This document shows positions 1 through 11,394 of a DNA stretch of 64,000 nt, one piece after another. Each line of letters opens with the position of its first letter. The first letter of the stretch is position 1. The notes below the pieces were generated by a model. The model did no database searches. It saw only the letters and a list, made by a program, of their open reading frames with translations, and was not told where the DNA came from. Origin of the DNA: Yuukianura sp. NJ FZ-2021 (Eukaryota); assembly GCA_046563655.1 (NCBI GenBank), contig CM102285.1, positions 14,260,001 through 14,324,000 of the forward strand, given 5' to 3'. Made by a program: the position numbers and the translations under genes.

Positions 1-489
1 CCGCTTTTCGAGGTCCAAATTGCAGAATTTTTCGAAGGTTTTCACCTTGTCAATTGTGCAACTCTTTTTTAGTGAAATTTTGACCTACTTTTGGAAATTG
101 TGCTTTGAAAATGAAAATTTAGCTTTGGAAAAGTTCTTTTTCGTTGAAAAGTTGCAAGGACACTATGATGCTTGTGTTGAAGGTGCTGCTGATCGTCATA
201 AAACTGCGACTGTTTCTGGAACATTTCTGGAGTTATTTTTGTCAAATTTTGAAAAAAAAAATTTGAATGAAAAACAGACTTCCATAAATTATAAAAACAA
301 GACCGCATTTCCTTTTCAGTTTTCAAAAATTACAATTTATTGGAGGAAAATTTGACGACACGTTGTCACTTCTGTCACGATTGACGCAAACAATAGATTT
401 GACCTTTCCGCCAAGGTCATCTACTCCAAAATTTGTCACTTATCAGGAACTTAAACTCTCAAAATTTTACACGAACCTAATCAAGCATA

Positions 490-667
490 ACCTAGTATGT
501 TTAATCATGGTCAAAACAATTTCATCATAACATAAAAAAGTCAAAAAGTGAAAATGACGACCAATGCAAGTTGTGGGTTATGGTACGATTTCTTCTGTTT
601 GACCTGCTCACTCTTTGACCTTTTCACTTTTTGACCAAATTGTTTTTGACCATATTACATAGAACCG
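490..667. mobile_element. Short degenerate MITE-like inverted-repeat element (family copy 1)
   Basis: GGTCAAAA..GTCAAAAAGTGAAAA arm faces TTTTCACTTTTTGACC..TTTGACC arm; reverse complement of ~585-667 closely resembles 49708-49785. Confidence 0.55.
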
Positions 668-692
668 AATTAACATATTGAAGTGGTTTTGA

Positions 693-1607
693 TTAGTAAC
701 GTTGTGCATTGGCTTGCGTCATTTGCAGAAACTGGAATCCACTGGACACTCCGAGCGTCTTTTGACAAAGTGGACAAGAGTGGGTGATGTCCGGAAACAT
801 TTGATCGGCCAAACGTCGTTGCTGTCTGGAAGCATAAAGTGCTGCAAACAAAATTAAAATGATGAAAAGTGGCAGCGCGAACAGCGTAATTACTGATCCA
901 GCCATGAACATTAAAGCACCAAAAAGAATCAAAATGAACACAAGGAATCCAGCGTAGGGGTAATACGACCTAGAACTGCGGCGGAACACTGGCGACGGCG
1001 TTTCTGTCGTCACGGTCAAAATAGAGTTACAGCAAAATGGACACACGACGGCAACACTGGAGCGGCCGTTGAGAGTAATGGCTTGGTTTGCTCCAGCGGC
1101 AGCGCTGAGTGTGGAAGATCCACCGTAGTTGGCCGTTTGTGGTCCATAGGCTGGTGGTGGTTCCAGTGTAAACGGTTGGTAAGATGGATTCAAGAATCCG
1201 ATTGGTGGCAGCACTGCTCGGCCAGAAGAGGGCGCTGCTGCGGGTGGAGTTGGGGTGGTTGGTGGCTTTAGTCCGGCCAAAACAGTTGTTGGATCGATTG
1301 AGTCTGTGGAAGAAACTGGGCTGGCCAAAGTGGACGGTTCTGGTGGTTGAAATGAATTTGAAGGGTCCACTGGCTGAATCGGATTTGGGCGTTCGGGTGG
1401 CTCAAATACAGAAGTAGAAGCATCCACTGGCTGAAACGAAGATGTTGTTGGGCCGTCTGGCAGAAACGAAGTCGGAAGGTCCGCTGGCTGAAATGAAGTT
1501 GAAGGGTTTACTGACTGGTTGCTTGTTTCAGACCTTCCAACAGCAAAAGTCGTTTCAGCAATTTGAGTCGGTCCTAGTTCCGAACTGACTTCACTTCTGT
1601 CGCCCAT
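693..1607 (-). CDS. LITAF: LITAF/SIMPLE-like zinc-ribbon protein, single coding exon, 304 aa
   Basis: Pro/Ser-rich N-terminus with PPPAY; CPFCC...hydrophobic segment...HSCPLCQKTLG matches the LITAF CxxC-hydrophobic-HxCxxC layout. Confidence 0.85.
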   Translation of the reverse strand: MGDRSEVSSELGPTQIAETTFAVGRSETSNQSVNPSTSFQPADLPTSFLPDGPTTSSFQPVDASTSVFEPPERPNPIQPVDPSNSFQPPEPSTLASPVSSTDSIDPTTVLAGLKPPTTPTPPAAAPSSGRAVLPPIGFLNPSYQPFTLEPPPAYGPQTANYGGSSTLSAAAGANQAITLNGRSSVAVVCPFCCNSILTVTTETPSPVFRRSSRSYYPYAGFLVFILILFGALMFMAGSVITLFALPLFIILILFAALYASRQQRRLADQMFPDITHSCPLCQKTLGVSSGFQFLQMTQANAQRY

Positions 1608-2437
1608 TTCGTTTTATTTTTCAAAATGAGCACCCAAAAATGCAAATTTTTTATGAAATCTCTTTCTTAAAACAAAGCACGTAGAAATTGAAATTCTAAC
1701 AGGAAAAAAATGGTGAGTGATGAGATGATATTGCAAAAACTAGGAAAAGTTAATTTTTTTTTAACTGAGAATGAATGTCCTGATAGTAACTTTATTATTT
1801 TTGACACCTTGATGAAGGTGTTAAGGACAGCTCACCTTTTATCTAATCAATCCTCAACAGGTTAACTAACTTCAAACTCCAATTTACTCCTATTTACATT
1901 AACACAGAATTTCAGCAAAAGAGCGAAAATTTTTCACAACATTTGAAATATAAAAAAAAATCGACAAAAGTTTTTCTATAAGGTACCATGAAGTTGGAAT
2001 GCAATTGTAGAAGCGTGGTACCATTCCCTAGAATTCCATTTTTGAAAATGGCATCGTGTTCGTTTTTTTATGAATTGAAGGTGATTTATTTTTCGTACGC
2101 GTACGTAACCGAATTGACAGACTAAAGTCAAAACGAAAAACATCCGTTAAGAATTAGCATGGATACAGTGGATGCTATTCCGTTTTAGCGCATCCTATTC
2201 CTTGTGCTTTCTATTTTTTTGCTCCGAGTGGAGAGATAAGAGAAGGCTGCGATGCGAGAACAGTGTGAACAGACTTTACTGTAATATAGGTTAGATAATC
2301 TTTCCAATCTAATAAACTACTCTAACTGCCAGTTTACAATCTATTCCTCTGGTTGTTATTGTAAATTCTAAATACAGGGAAACTTGGATTAGAATGAACT
2401 TCCTCAGTACTCAGAAATGGTAAGGAGTAAAATGGTC

Positions 2438-2891
2438 GGATAGTGAAAACATCGGAGGTGAAAAGATCGCAGACTAAAATAATCGCAACATGAAGTGGTG
2501 GAAAAATGAAATGCTCGGAAGTGAAACAGTCCGCTTCCACTGAACTGCAATTTTTTCATTTTTCTTATATTTGTTACAAAAAAAATTTGATTTAGACAAA
2601 AATATTAGCAGTTTTTTCTTTACACGCTGTTTTTCGAAAACTGTTTCATAACGGTGAGAAAATCAGACAATGAATGCTTACGCTACGTAAGAATGCTTTC
2701 CTTGAAATTACCGAATTTTGAAATTCTGAGTGACCTTCGACATTTTCCCATTATTTCCACGTATTTATGATTCGACCTTTTCTTCTTAGACTATTTCACT
2801 TCTGAAATTTCCGACTAATTCACTTTGCGACCATTCCATGTGGTGATTTTTTTATGATGCGATCTTTTCACCCCCGATGTTTTCACTTTCC
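2438..2891. mobile_element. MITE-like element with imperfect inverted arms
   Basis: AGTGAAAACATCGGAGGTGAAAAGATCGCA (~2442-2471) vs TGCGATCTTTTCACCCCCGATGTTTTCACT (~2858-2887); inner pair GAAGTGAAACAGTC / GACTATTTCACTTC. Confidence 0.6.
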
Positions 2892-3477
2892 AAAAAATTC
2901 ACTTCGCGCGATTTCCTATATAATATGTAGATGATAAGTGATAACATTTGTCGTGGTGGTGGGTTTTTGACATAAACAAAACGAATGGAATAGTAGATGG
3001 AATCTTTCAGGTTCATTAATCAGGTTAACGTAATTATTTTGGTAATTTATGATTGCTATTAATCATTGTCCATTAACTCAGTATTTCTTCTTAGCCATGC
3101 TGTGACAATCACACTTCTACTGCAAAATTTTTTATCTTTATATTTCTCAGAGGCTTTTTAATCTCTGCACTGCAGTTGAGGCTTCTTTAATGAAAAATAA
3201 TTCATCAGAGTTTTTAGAATTCGTAAGGTTTTGAAGTATGTCGTATCAACTTTATATGTGTTTTTCATTTAGTATAAAGTAGTATTCATTTAGTTTCATT
3301 TCTGTATCAAGGACATTCTCATTATCACCCTTCAAATTGTTCTTAATGTTGAAATTCATTTTTTTAATATTTATAATCCAATAATCAATAATTGATTTAT
3401 CTTTTCAAATCCTCAGTTTTTTTAAACAAGTCTGGCAGTTCGAAATTAAAGTCAACCTCCCCAATTTCTGATGTGTA

Positions 3478-3870
3478 GAAAGTTGATTTAGTGGGAAAAT
3501 TCTGAAAATATTTATATGAACTTCTTAACAACCCCCGATACTAAAAAGCAAAAAAAAATTCACAGGAGATAAAAGAACGCTTTAGAAAAAATAATTTTTT
3601 TTTTTTGGAAATTTGAATTTTTTTTCCAAATTGCATGAAAAACGGTTTTAGGGTAACAATTACGTATGCTGAACATGATCCTGAAAGAATTTTTTCGAAA
3701 AAAGTCAACAACAAAAAAGTTAGACTTCATTCAGTGCTCAGGTTAGGTTAGGGTTGTCAAGAATCGGATTTTGATTTCCGGTGAAATTTTATTTTTGCTT
3801 CCTGATATCAGGGGCCGATAGGAAGTTTACATAAAAATTGTCAGAATTCTCCTACTAAACCAAAGATTTA
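3478..3870. mobile_element. Degenerate MITE-like element with ~90-bp inverted arms
   Basis: TTTAGTGGGAAAATTCTGA...CCCCGATACTAAAAAGCAAAAA..TTCAC vs GTGAAATTTTATTTTTGCTTCCTGATATCAGGGG...TCAGAATTCTCCTACTAAA. Confidence 0.5.
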
Positions 3871-3891
3871 CCCAATAACTTTCGTTTCGAT

Positions 3892-4596
3892 TCAAATGTC
3901 ATTTTCTTTGGCGTTTTTGTACGTAATCTCAGTACTACAACAAGCGTGATCCGAAATGCCAAAGTCTTTCACCTCAGCTTCAGTTGCTGTTGCATCGTCA
4001 GTAACAATGAAATCCAAAAGGGTTTGGGTTTCTCTTCTCGTGACTTGGTTGACTAGTTGATACAAGTCATAGTTTTCAAAAAGGATCTTAATTTGCGTAG
4101 TGAAGTTATCTTCGCTAAGCCAATCTCTGTTAAAATCACCCAAGAGAAAGAATGATCGATTTGAACTAACAAGTTGCTGAATAATCAGCTCCAAATTGTA
4201 CAAATCAGCTTGGTTCGAGTTTCTGTGAGGGATATACACAACTCCAACAATAATACTTGTGTCAAATGTAAGTTGGATTTCCATGCACATAAATTCTAAT
4301 GAAGAAGAAGGTTTAAATGTTTCTTTGGCAATGTAAAATTCTTTCACTTCTAAGTTTTCCTCACATAAAATTCCAACGCCACCTCCTTTTCTGCCTACTC
4401 TATCTTTTCTGTAAAGAACAAAGCCTTTTGGAACAATGAACGTTGACTTCGGATTTAACCAAGTTTCTGAAATACATAAGATTTTTGCTTGTAGTATATT
4501 TTGCATAACTCCTATCCGATTTGCTTTTCCTTTATAGGAGCGTACATTCTGGTGCGCTAGTTTAAATTTTTGACACTCAGTTTTTGGGTCATCCAT
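3892..4596 (-). CDS. Stand-alone non-LTR-retrotransposon-type AP endonuclease (EEP/exo_endo_phos), 234 aa, no RT
   Basis: APE motifs in order: HQNVRS, ISETWL, RKDR..KGGGV, VYIP, GDFN, TR..LLDF, ISDH; no reverse transcriptase ORF downstream. Confidence 0.85.
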   Translation of the reverse strand: MDDPKTECQKFKLAHQNVRSYKGKANRIGVMQNILQAKILCISETWLNPKSTFIVPKGFVLYRKDRVGRKGGGVGILCEENLEVKEFYIAKETFKPSSSLEFMCMEIQLTFDTSIIVGVVYIPHRNSNQADLYNLELIIQQLVSSNRSFFLLGDFNRDWLSEDNFTTQIKILFENYDLYQLVNQVTRRETQTLLDFIVTDDATATEAEVKDFGISDHACCSTEITYKNAKENDI

Positions 4597-4631
4597 TTTG
4601 ATTTATTTTCGAAATAGCACCCAAAAATGCA

Positions 4632-7110
4632 GAGGAAAAGTTAATAGTTTTTTTGTTGGAAACTGAGCGAATACTATATATAGTCATTTTATTATTTTTG
4701 ACAATTTGATCAAGTTGTTGAGGACATCATACATTTTATCTAATCATTCCTCGACGGATTCACTAACTTCAAAAATCCAATGACTCAAGTGCGAAATCTC
4801 ATTGTTTGAAACATGGTACGTGGAAGTTCAAATTCTAACAGGAAAGAATTGCGAGTGAGGCGATATTAGAAAATCGAGGAACAGTGAATAGTTTTTTTTG
4901 GAAACTGAGTATCTACTATATATAGTAGTTTTATTATGTTTGACAATTTGATCAAGTTGTTGCGGACACCATACATTTTACCTAATCATTCCTCGACGGA
5001 TTCACTAACTTCAAAATCCAATTACTCAAATGCAAAATCTCATTGTTTGAATCATGGTACGTAGAAGTTCAAATTCTAACAGGAAAGAATTGCGAGTGAG
5101 GCGATGTTACAAAATCGAGGAACAGTGAATAGTTTTTTTTGGAAACTGAGAATCTACTATATATAGTAGTTTTATTATGTTTGACAATTTGATCAAGTTG
5201 TTGCGGACACCATACATTTTACCTAATCATTCCTCGACGGATTCACTAACTTCAAAATCCAATTACTCAAATGCAAAATCTCATTGTTTGAATCATGGTA
5301 CGTAGAAGTTCAAATTCTAACAGGAAAGAATTGCGAGTGAGGCGATGTTACAAAATCGAGGAACAGTGAATAGTTTTTTTTGGAAACTGAGAATCTACTA
5401 TATATAGTAGTTTTATTATGTTTGACAATTTGATCAAGTTGTTGCGGACACCATACATTTTACCTAATCATTCCTCGACGGATTCACTAACTTCAAAATC
5501 CAATTACTCAAATGCAAAATCTCATTGTTTGAATCATGGTACGTAGAAGTTCAAATTCTAACAGGAAAGAATTGCGAGTGAGGCGATGTTACAAAATCGA
5601 GGAAAAGTGAATAGTTTTGTTTTTGGAAACTGAGGATCTACTATATATAGTAGTTTTATTATTTTTTACAATTTGATCAAGTTGTTGAGGACATCATACA
5701 TTTTATCTAATCCTTCCTCGACGGATTCACTAACTTCAAAAATCCAATGACTCAAGTGCGAAATCTCATTGTTTGAAACATGGTACGTGGAAGTTCAAAT
5801 TCTGACAGGAAGGAATTGCGAGTGAGGCGATATTAGAAAATGGAGGAACAGTGAATAGTTTTTTTTGGAAACTGAGAATCTACTATATAGAGTAGTTTTA
5901 TTGTTTGACAATTTGATCAAGTTGTTGCGGACACCATACATTTATCTAATCATTCCTCGACGGATTCACTAACTTCAAAATCCAATGACTCAAATGCAAA
6001 ATCTAATTGTTTGAAACATGGTACGTAGAAGTTCAAATTCTAACAGGAAAGAATTGCGAGTGAGGCGATATTAGAAAATCGAGGAACAGTGAATAGTTTT
6101 TTTGGAAACTGAGAATCTACTATATAGAGTAGTTTTATTGTTTGACAATTTGATCAAGTTGTTGCGGACACCATACATTTTATCTAATCATTCCTCGACG
6201 GATTCACTAACTTCAAAATCCAATGACTCAAATGCAAAATCTAATTGTTTGAAACATGGTACGTAGAAGTTCAAATTCTAACAGGAAAGAATTGCGAGTG
6301 AGGCGATATTAGAAAATCGAGGAACAGTGAATAGTTTTTTTTGGAAACTGAGAATCTACTATATAGAGTAGTTTTATTGTTTGACAATTTGATCAAGTTG
6401 TTGCGGACACCATACATTTTATCTAATCATTCCTCGACGGATTCACTAACTTCAAAATCCAATGACTCAAATGCAAAATCTAATTGTTTGAAACATGGTA
6501 CGTAGAAGTTCAAATTCTAACAGGAAAGAATTGCGAGTGAGGCGATATTAGAAAATCGAGGAACAGTGAATAGTTTTTTTTGGAAACTGAGAATCTACTA
6601 TATATAGTAGTCATATTATTTGGCCAATTTGATCAAGTTGCTGAGGACATCATACATTTTATCTAATCATTCCTCGACGGATTCACTAACTTCAAAATCC
6701 AATTACTCAAGTGCGAAATCTCATTGTTTGAAACATGGTACGTAGAACTTCAAATTCTAACAGGAAATAATGGCGAGTTAGGCGGTATTGCAAAATCGAG
6801 GAAAATGTGACGCTCAGGGGTCCCATGGCTTGTGAGATGAAGAACACAGGAGGGTGAGTTTGTGATGTAAACCAAAAGGTTGGGTTTATTTTGGTTGCCC
6901 CGACTATAGAATCATCGCTTCCATGCAATCCTCATCCTGTGGCGAGTGGGATGGGACTTTTCCCAAACGCCACAAAAAGTTAATAGTTTTTTTTGGAAAC
7001 TGAGAGTCTACTGTATATAGTAGCTTTATTATTTTTGACAACTGGATGAAAGTTTTGAGGACATTATAGCGTTTATTAAATCATTCCGCAACAGATTAAC
7101 TAAATAACTT
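4632..7110. repeat. Tandem array of ~240-bp units, about 10 copies (last one degenerate and interrupted by an LTR)
   Basis: GAAACTGAG recurs near 4659, 4901, 5142, 5383, 5626, 5867, 6104, 6343, 6583, 6995; units nearly identical (e.g. CCTCGACGGATTCACTAACTTCAAAA in the nine intact units). Confidence 0.97.
6806..6974 (-). mobile_element. Short (169 bp) solo LTR
   Basis: Ends TGTGACG...CGCCACA (TG..CA, short inverted termini); AAAA duplicated on both sides within the unit sequence GAGGAAAAGT; AATAAA on minus strand. Confidence 0.7.
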
Positions 7111-8107
7111 CATTGCCAGTTTTCTCATTTTTACCTAACATAACGTTCCACCAAACTAGGCAATTTTTTCCACATTTTTTTCCACACTCGACATTTTTCC
7201 ACAACTTCAAAAGTATTAAACAGTTTTCCAGTTAAATTCCATTAAGTTAAGTTCCATGCATTACAGTAACCGGGAAAAAATCAGAACGACAAACCAAACC
7301 AGAAAAGTTGGGATGGAATTATGTAAGCGTACTTTCTTTCCATAAAATTCCATTTTGAAACTTCCCTCCTATTTCTCTTATTTGTGATGAGTATCAAGAA
7401 AAACGAGGAAGATCTATTGTTTGAAATGACAATGGGAATGTCTTCAGGTGAATTGTTTCTCCAAATGGAATTCGGAGGCACAAAGTAAGTCTATGGGAAA
7501 ATTATGAGTTTGCTCATTTTTTTACTTTTCAAAAAAAGTCGAATCGAGAATTGTAAGCTGTTCAGAAGTTAAAAGGCGGAGACAAGGTTTCCATCTCGAA
7601 AGAATCTTGACGGATTTGACCAGGGTCAAAAAGTCAAATTGCTCCTTCACTCTCTTTCTCTCTCTCTCTGTCATCGTGGGAACAAATTTTTCAAAAACGA
7701 AAAACAGAAAAAATCACTTCTTGATTTCAATCACATCATATGACACATCAGCTCAGCATCACGTCACTAACCACAACTCAATTAAAGTTAACTTAAATTA
7801 CGTCCGACTAACATAGTTAATACAACAGTGTAGTACACGAAAAAATTTGAATGATTTTTGGACTATGCACTTTTACGTCAAAATTTCAAAATTCTGCGAA
7901 AACTAAACACGCAAAAGACAAAACCTTATGAGAAAATGACAAAATTGAGGAAAATTGATCAAGGAAAGCCTTTTTGGAGTGAAAATGCCAGAAATCCTGC
8001 GGTTTTTGGAAAAATATAAGAAATCGGGGTTTTTCATTTTATGCAATCAGTTAAATTTTGGTTAGACTGAGAACACTTTTAGTGACCTTTGACCTCTGAC
8101 TGCTACA

Positions 8108-10031
8108 ATGTCTCTCTTGTTGGGCTCCTTCAAAGACTTTTTCACAAAGGTCAACTATCGCAAGGTCATCGTTGACAGTCTTGCGTTCCGACTGCACTAC
8201 AAGGTTACTGCGCTCATTTGTCTCATCTGTGGAATCATCATTGCAGAAAGACAGTACATTGGAGATCCCATTGACTGCATCATTGATCACAAAAATGCAG
8301 ACAGAATCATTGACAATTTCTGTTGGGTCCATGGGACATACACGCAACTCGCAATTTCACCTAAAGGCAACATCGGATACGACAAAGGTAACTTTTCACT
8401 AAAAAAAGCTTCAATTTTTTGACCATTTGGATTAATCACGTTTTCGCCCATTTTGATTTTCAATGAATTTGAAGGATTTCAATTTCCACAAAATGATTTT
8501 GACCAATTTGGTTTTTTAACTTTCGACGTTTTCGATTTTCCACTTGATCCATTTTGGATTTTTAATGAATTTGATCAATTTCAATTCCCACATATTAGTT
8601 TTGATCTTATTTCCATTTTTATAATACTTTTTATCATTTTGGCTCTTCGAATTTTGATCTAATATTATTTCGATTTTCAATTTTTGGCATCTCATTTTTT
8701 CGCGAGTTTGAGATGACCTTCAGCCCTTTTCGCGTGACTTTCACTTTTGAGCTTTTGCGATTTTTATTTGACCTTTGACTTTTCATTTGACAGTTAAGAC
8801 TATAGAGGATGACGTGGCGATTGTTCTGAAAGTGAAAGCATTGAAAGGCGACGTCGCTGCACATCCCGCTCTCACCAGGGAATTTTGGAACTACAGACCA
8901 GGAGATGTTAATGATCGTGTATTCCACCAGTACTACCAATGGGTCTGGTGGGTACTCATCATACAAGCAATTCTGTTCTACTTTCCCCATGGGCTATGGA
9001 AGTCATGGGAAGGCGGCAGAATGAAAACGTTCGTGGGAGATTTGAATTCTTACACACTTTCACCCGATGATCGCAGAAAGTATGAGGCTATCGTCTGTGA
9101 CTACTTTTGTAACTGCGAAAATGGACAATGGAGAGTATTTTCTTACAAGTCCAAAGGAAATCACACTTTCTACTCACTCAAATACGTATTTTGTGGTAAG
9201 AAACAGAATTCCAAATTTTTTAAAACAGAATTCCAAATCAAAACTAAAACTTTCTAATTTTGAATATTCTGTTTTTCTAGAATTGCTGAACTTTTCAAAC
9301 GTAGTTTTTCAACTGTACTTCATGGACTGGTTCTTCGATTACTCATTTAGCAAATACGGAATGAAATTGTACAATTTGACTGATCTGCGTCCATACATGC
9401 GCAATGACTACTTGACCAAGGTGTTCCCGATTGTTACAATATGCGAATTGCCGATCATTGGATACGGAGGCGAGATTACCGGACACCAAGCTATGTGCGT
9501 TTTGCCAGTCAACCTCATCAATGAAAAAGTCTTTCTCTTTTTATGGTAAGTTTTCAATTTTTAGAGAATTTTGGGAATTTAGAGAAAAATTTAATTGTAA
9601 GCTACTTCATGCAATCGTATTTGTCGGTCTGTCTGACTGTCCGGTTTTCAATTTCCTAATAACATTATATATTTTTATTTATATAATATATTTTATAATT
9701 TTGCAGGGTGTGGTTTCTGATCATCCTGTCCCTGACTAGCGTCAGTATTTGCTACCGCCTCTTCACCCTCCTTCCGTTCTCGTTCTTCCGGAAGTGGCTT
9801 TTACTGCGATTCAACCACACGATGTGCGAAAAGTCGGTGGACAAACTATGTCGTAAACTAGGTTATGGTGACTGGTATTTCCTGCACCTTCTTGGAAAAA
9901 ACATGAATCCAATCTACTATGCCGAACTGATCAGTACCCTTGCCGATCGGATCGACCAGGACGACCGTGCCGATCCTGGAAACATTCCAACCTGGCAGTT
10001 GGGCAACAAAGAGTCACTCATGCACGCTTAA
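8108..10031 (+). CDS. Innexin gap-junction protein; exons ~8108-8387, 8794-9195, 9281-9545, 9707-10031
   Basis: FRLHYKVT, QYIGDPIDC, NFCWVHGTY, YYQWV, PHGLWKSWEGG, VFPIVTIC, CVLPVNLINEKVFLFLWxWF, GDWYFLHLLGKN. Confidence 0.97.
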
Positions 10032-11394
10032 AATTATTTCAACGCACAGCAAATCAAAAAAAAATGATTCCTACTTTTCAAAACTAGTCGAATTAATAAA
10101 AATATTTTAATTTATAAAAAGTTTGAATATAATATTAATATTTAAATAAATTATTTTATTAGAACTTTTGAGGAAAGAAGATGGATTATGAATGTGAGTT
10201 GATGTTGGAGATTGTAAATATTTGGAATTCCTGAGAGATGGAAGTTGAATCTTGAGGATGACAATGATCTTAGAGCTCCATTTATTTTAGGTATTTGGTT
10301 AGAGATGGAAATGAAGATGCTCTTTTCCCAATGACACAAGAATCCATTAGTAAATTAATACAACTTCAATTACTCAGCACAAATCTCAGAACATGAACAA
10401 CCAAAAGAGCACGATCTGGAATAACTCACTCAAAATTTCAAAATCCACAAGACTACTCTGTGGAATTCTAAAATTTCACGATTCAATTTTAAATCTTAAA
10501 AAAAAAGTTCCTCACTTAAACCGGGTGTGGGCTCCGTCACTCTCTTTTTTAAAAACTGAAACTTTATGCAACTGAAAAAAGTGAAATGAATCCGTGGATC
10601 ATTAGATTTTGTATAGTTTGAAATCCCTGAGTTAGAGAGTGATGAAGATCAGTAACAGTTGGGACTTGAAGGGTCCCCTAGGGGTCCCTTATCCTCAGAT
10701 CAAAGCCCCTACTAAACTGTTGACAGTTGACAATGGCCCAAATGAGGTCGTTGAGCTGTCCATTGTTCTCTGTCAACTGAGCTCCCTACTCACTTCCATT
10801 CACTCACAACTTTAAGCTACTTTCGGTGCAACTTCAGCTCTTGTGCGGCGTCGCAACATTTAGAGACACACGACACTTCAAATTCGAAACTTCAGACACC
10901 CTCCAGGTCACTTTCGGTCAGCATGTCTTCGGCAGCATTTCGCTGGAGCAGCATTTTGTGTTTTCGGCAGTATTTGAGCAGCATTCGGTGTCTTCGGCAG
11001 CATTTTGGATGAAATCGGAAGCCGAGTTGAAGTTGGAGAAAGCATTTGAGAGAAAGTGGTGGGCGGAGCTTAGGAGGTGACTCCGCCCAGCATTTGTAAG
11101 CGGAAGAGAGGAATTGAAAGTGGGATTTAGACGGAGAAGGAGCATTGGAGCGGCTCTTCTTTCAGTCTCAAATCACACCTCATTATTCTCTCACCAAACA
11201 TCAACGCATCTTCTTCATCTTCCGACAAAAGGAATTCATCTTCATCATCTCTTGTGTTAAACACCACTAAACATCATCAACACTACTTAAACAATTGTGT
11301 AAACATAAACAATTCATATAATAAAAATAATTAACTGCCTTTAATACAAAAAGGTTAAAGCATAGTTTAGGTTGTAGAGGAAGTACGGAAAACT

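Noticed and set aside
20..355. 111-aa ORF at window start
   Set aside because: Non-ATG start, AT-rich, no family motif; a short internal exon of an upstream gene cannot be excluded but is unsupported
3000..3470. Remnant RT/ORF2 continuation downstream of the endonuclease
   Set aside because: No open frame or RT motifs recognisable by eye; a translated search would be needed to exclude a decayed remnant
3738..3756. TTAGG telomere-like motif
   Set aside because: Only 2-3 units inside a MITE-like element; similar CCTAA runs occur in other repeats
4632..7110. CRISPR-like array next to a nuclease
   Set aside because: Units are contiguous ~240-bp near-identical copies with no unique spacers; the nuclease is LINE APE-type, not Cas; eukaryotic context
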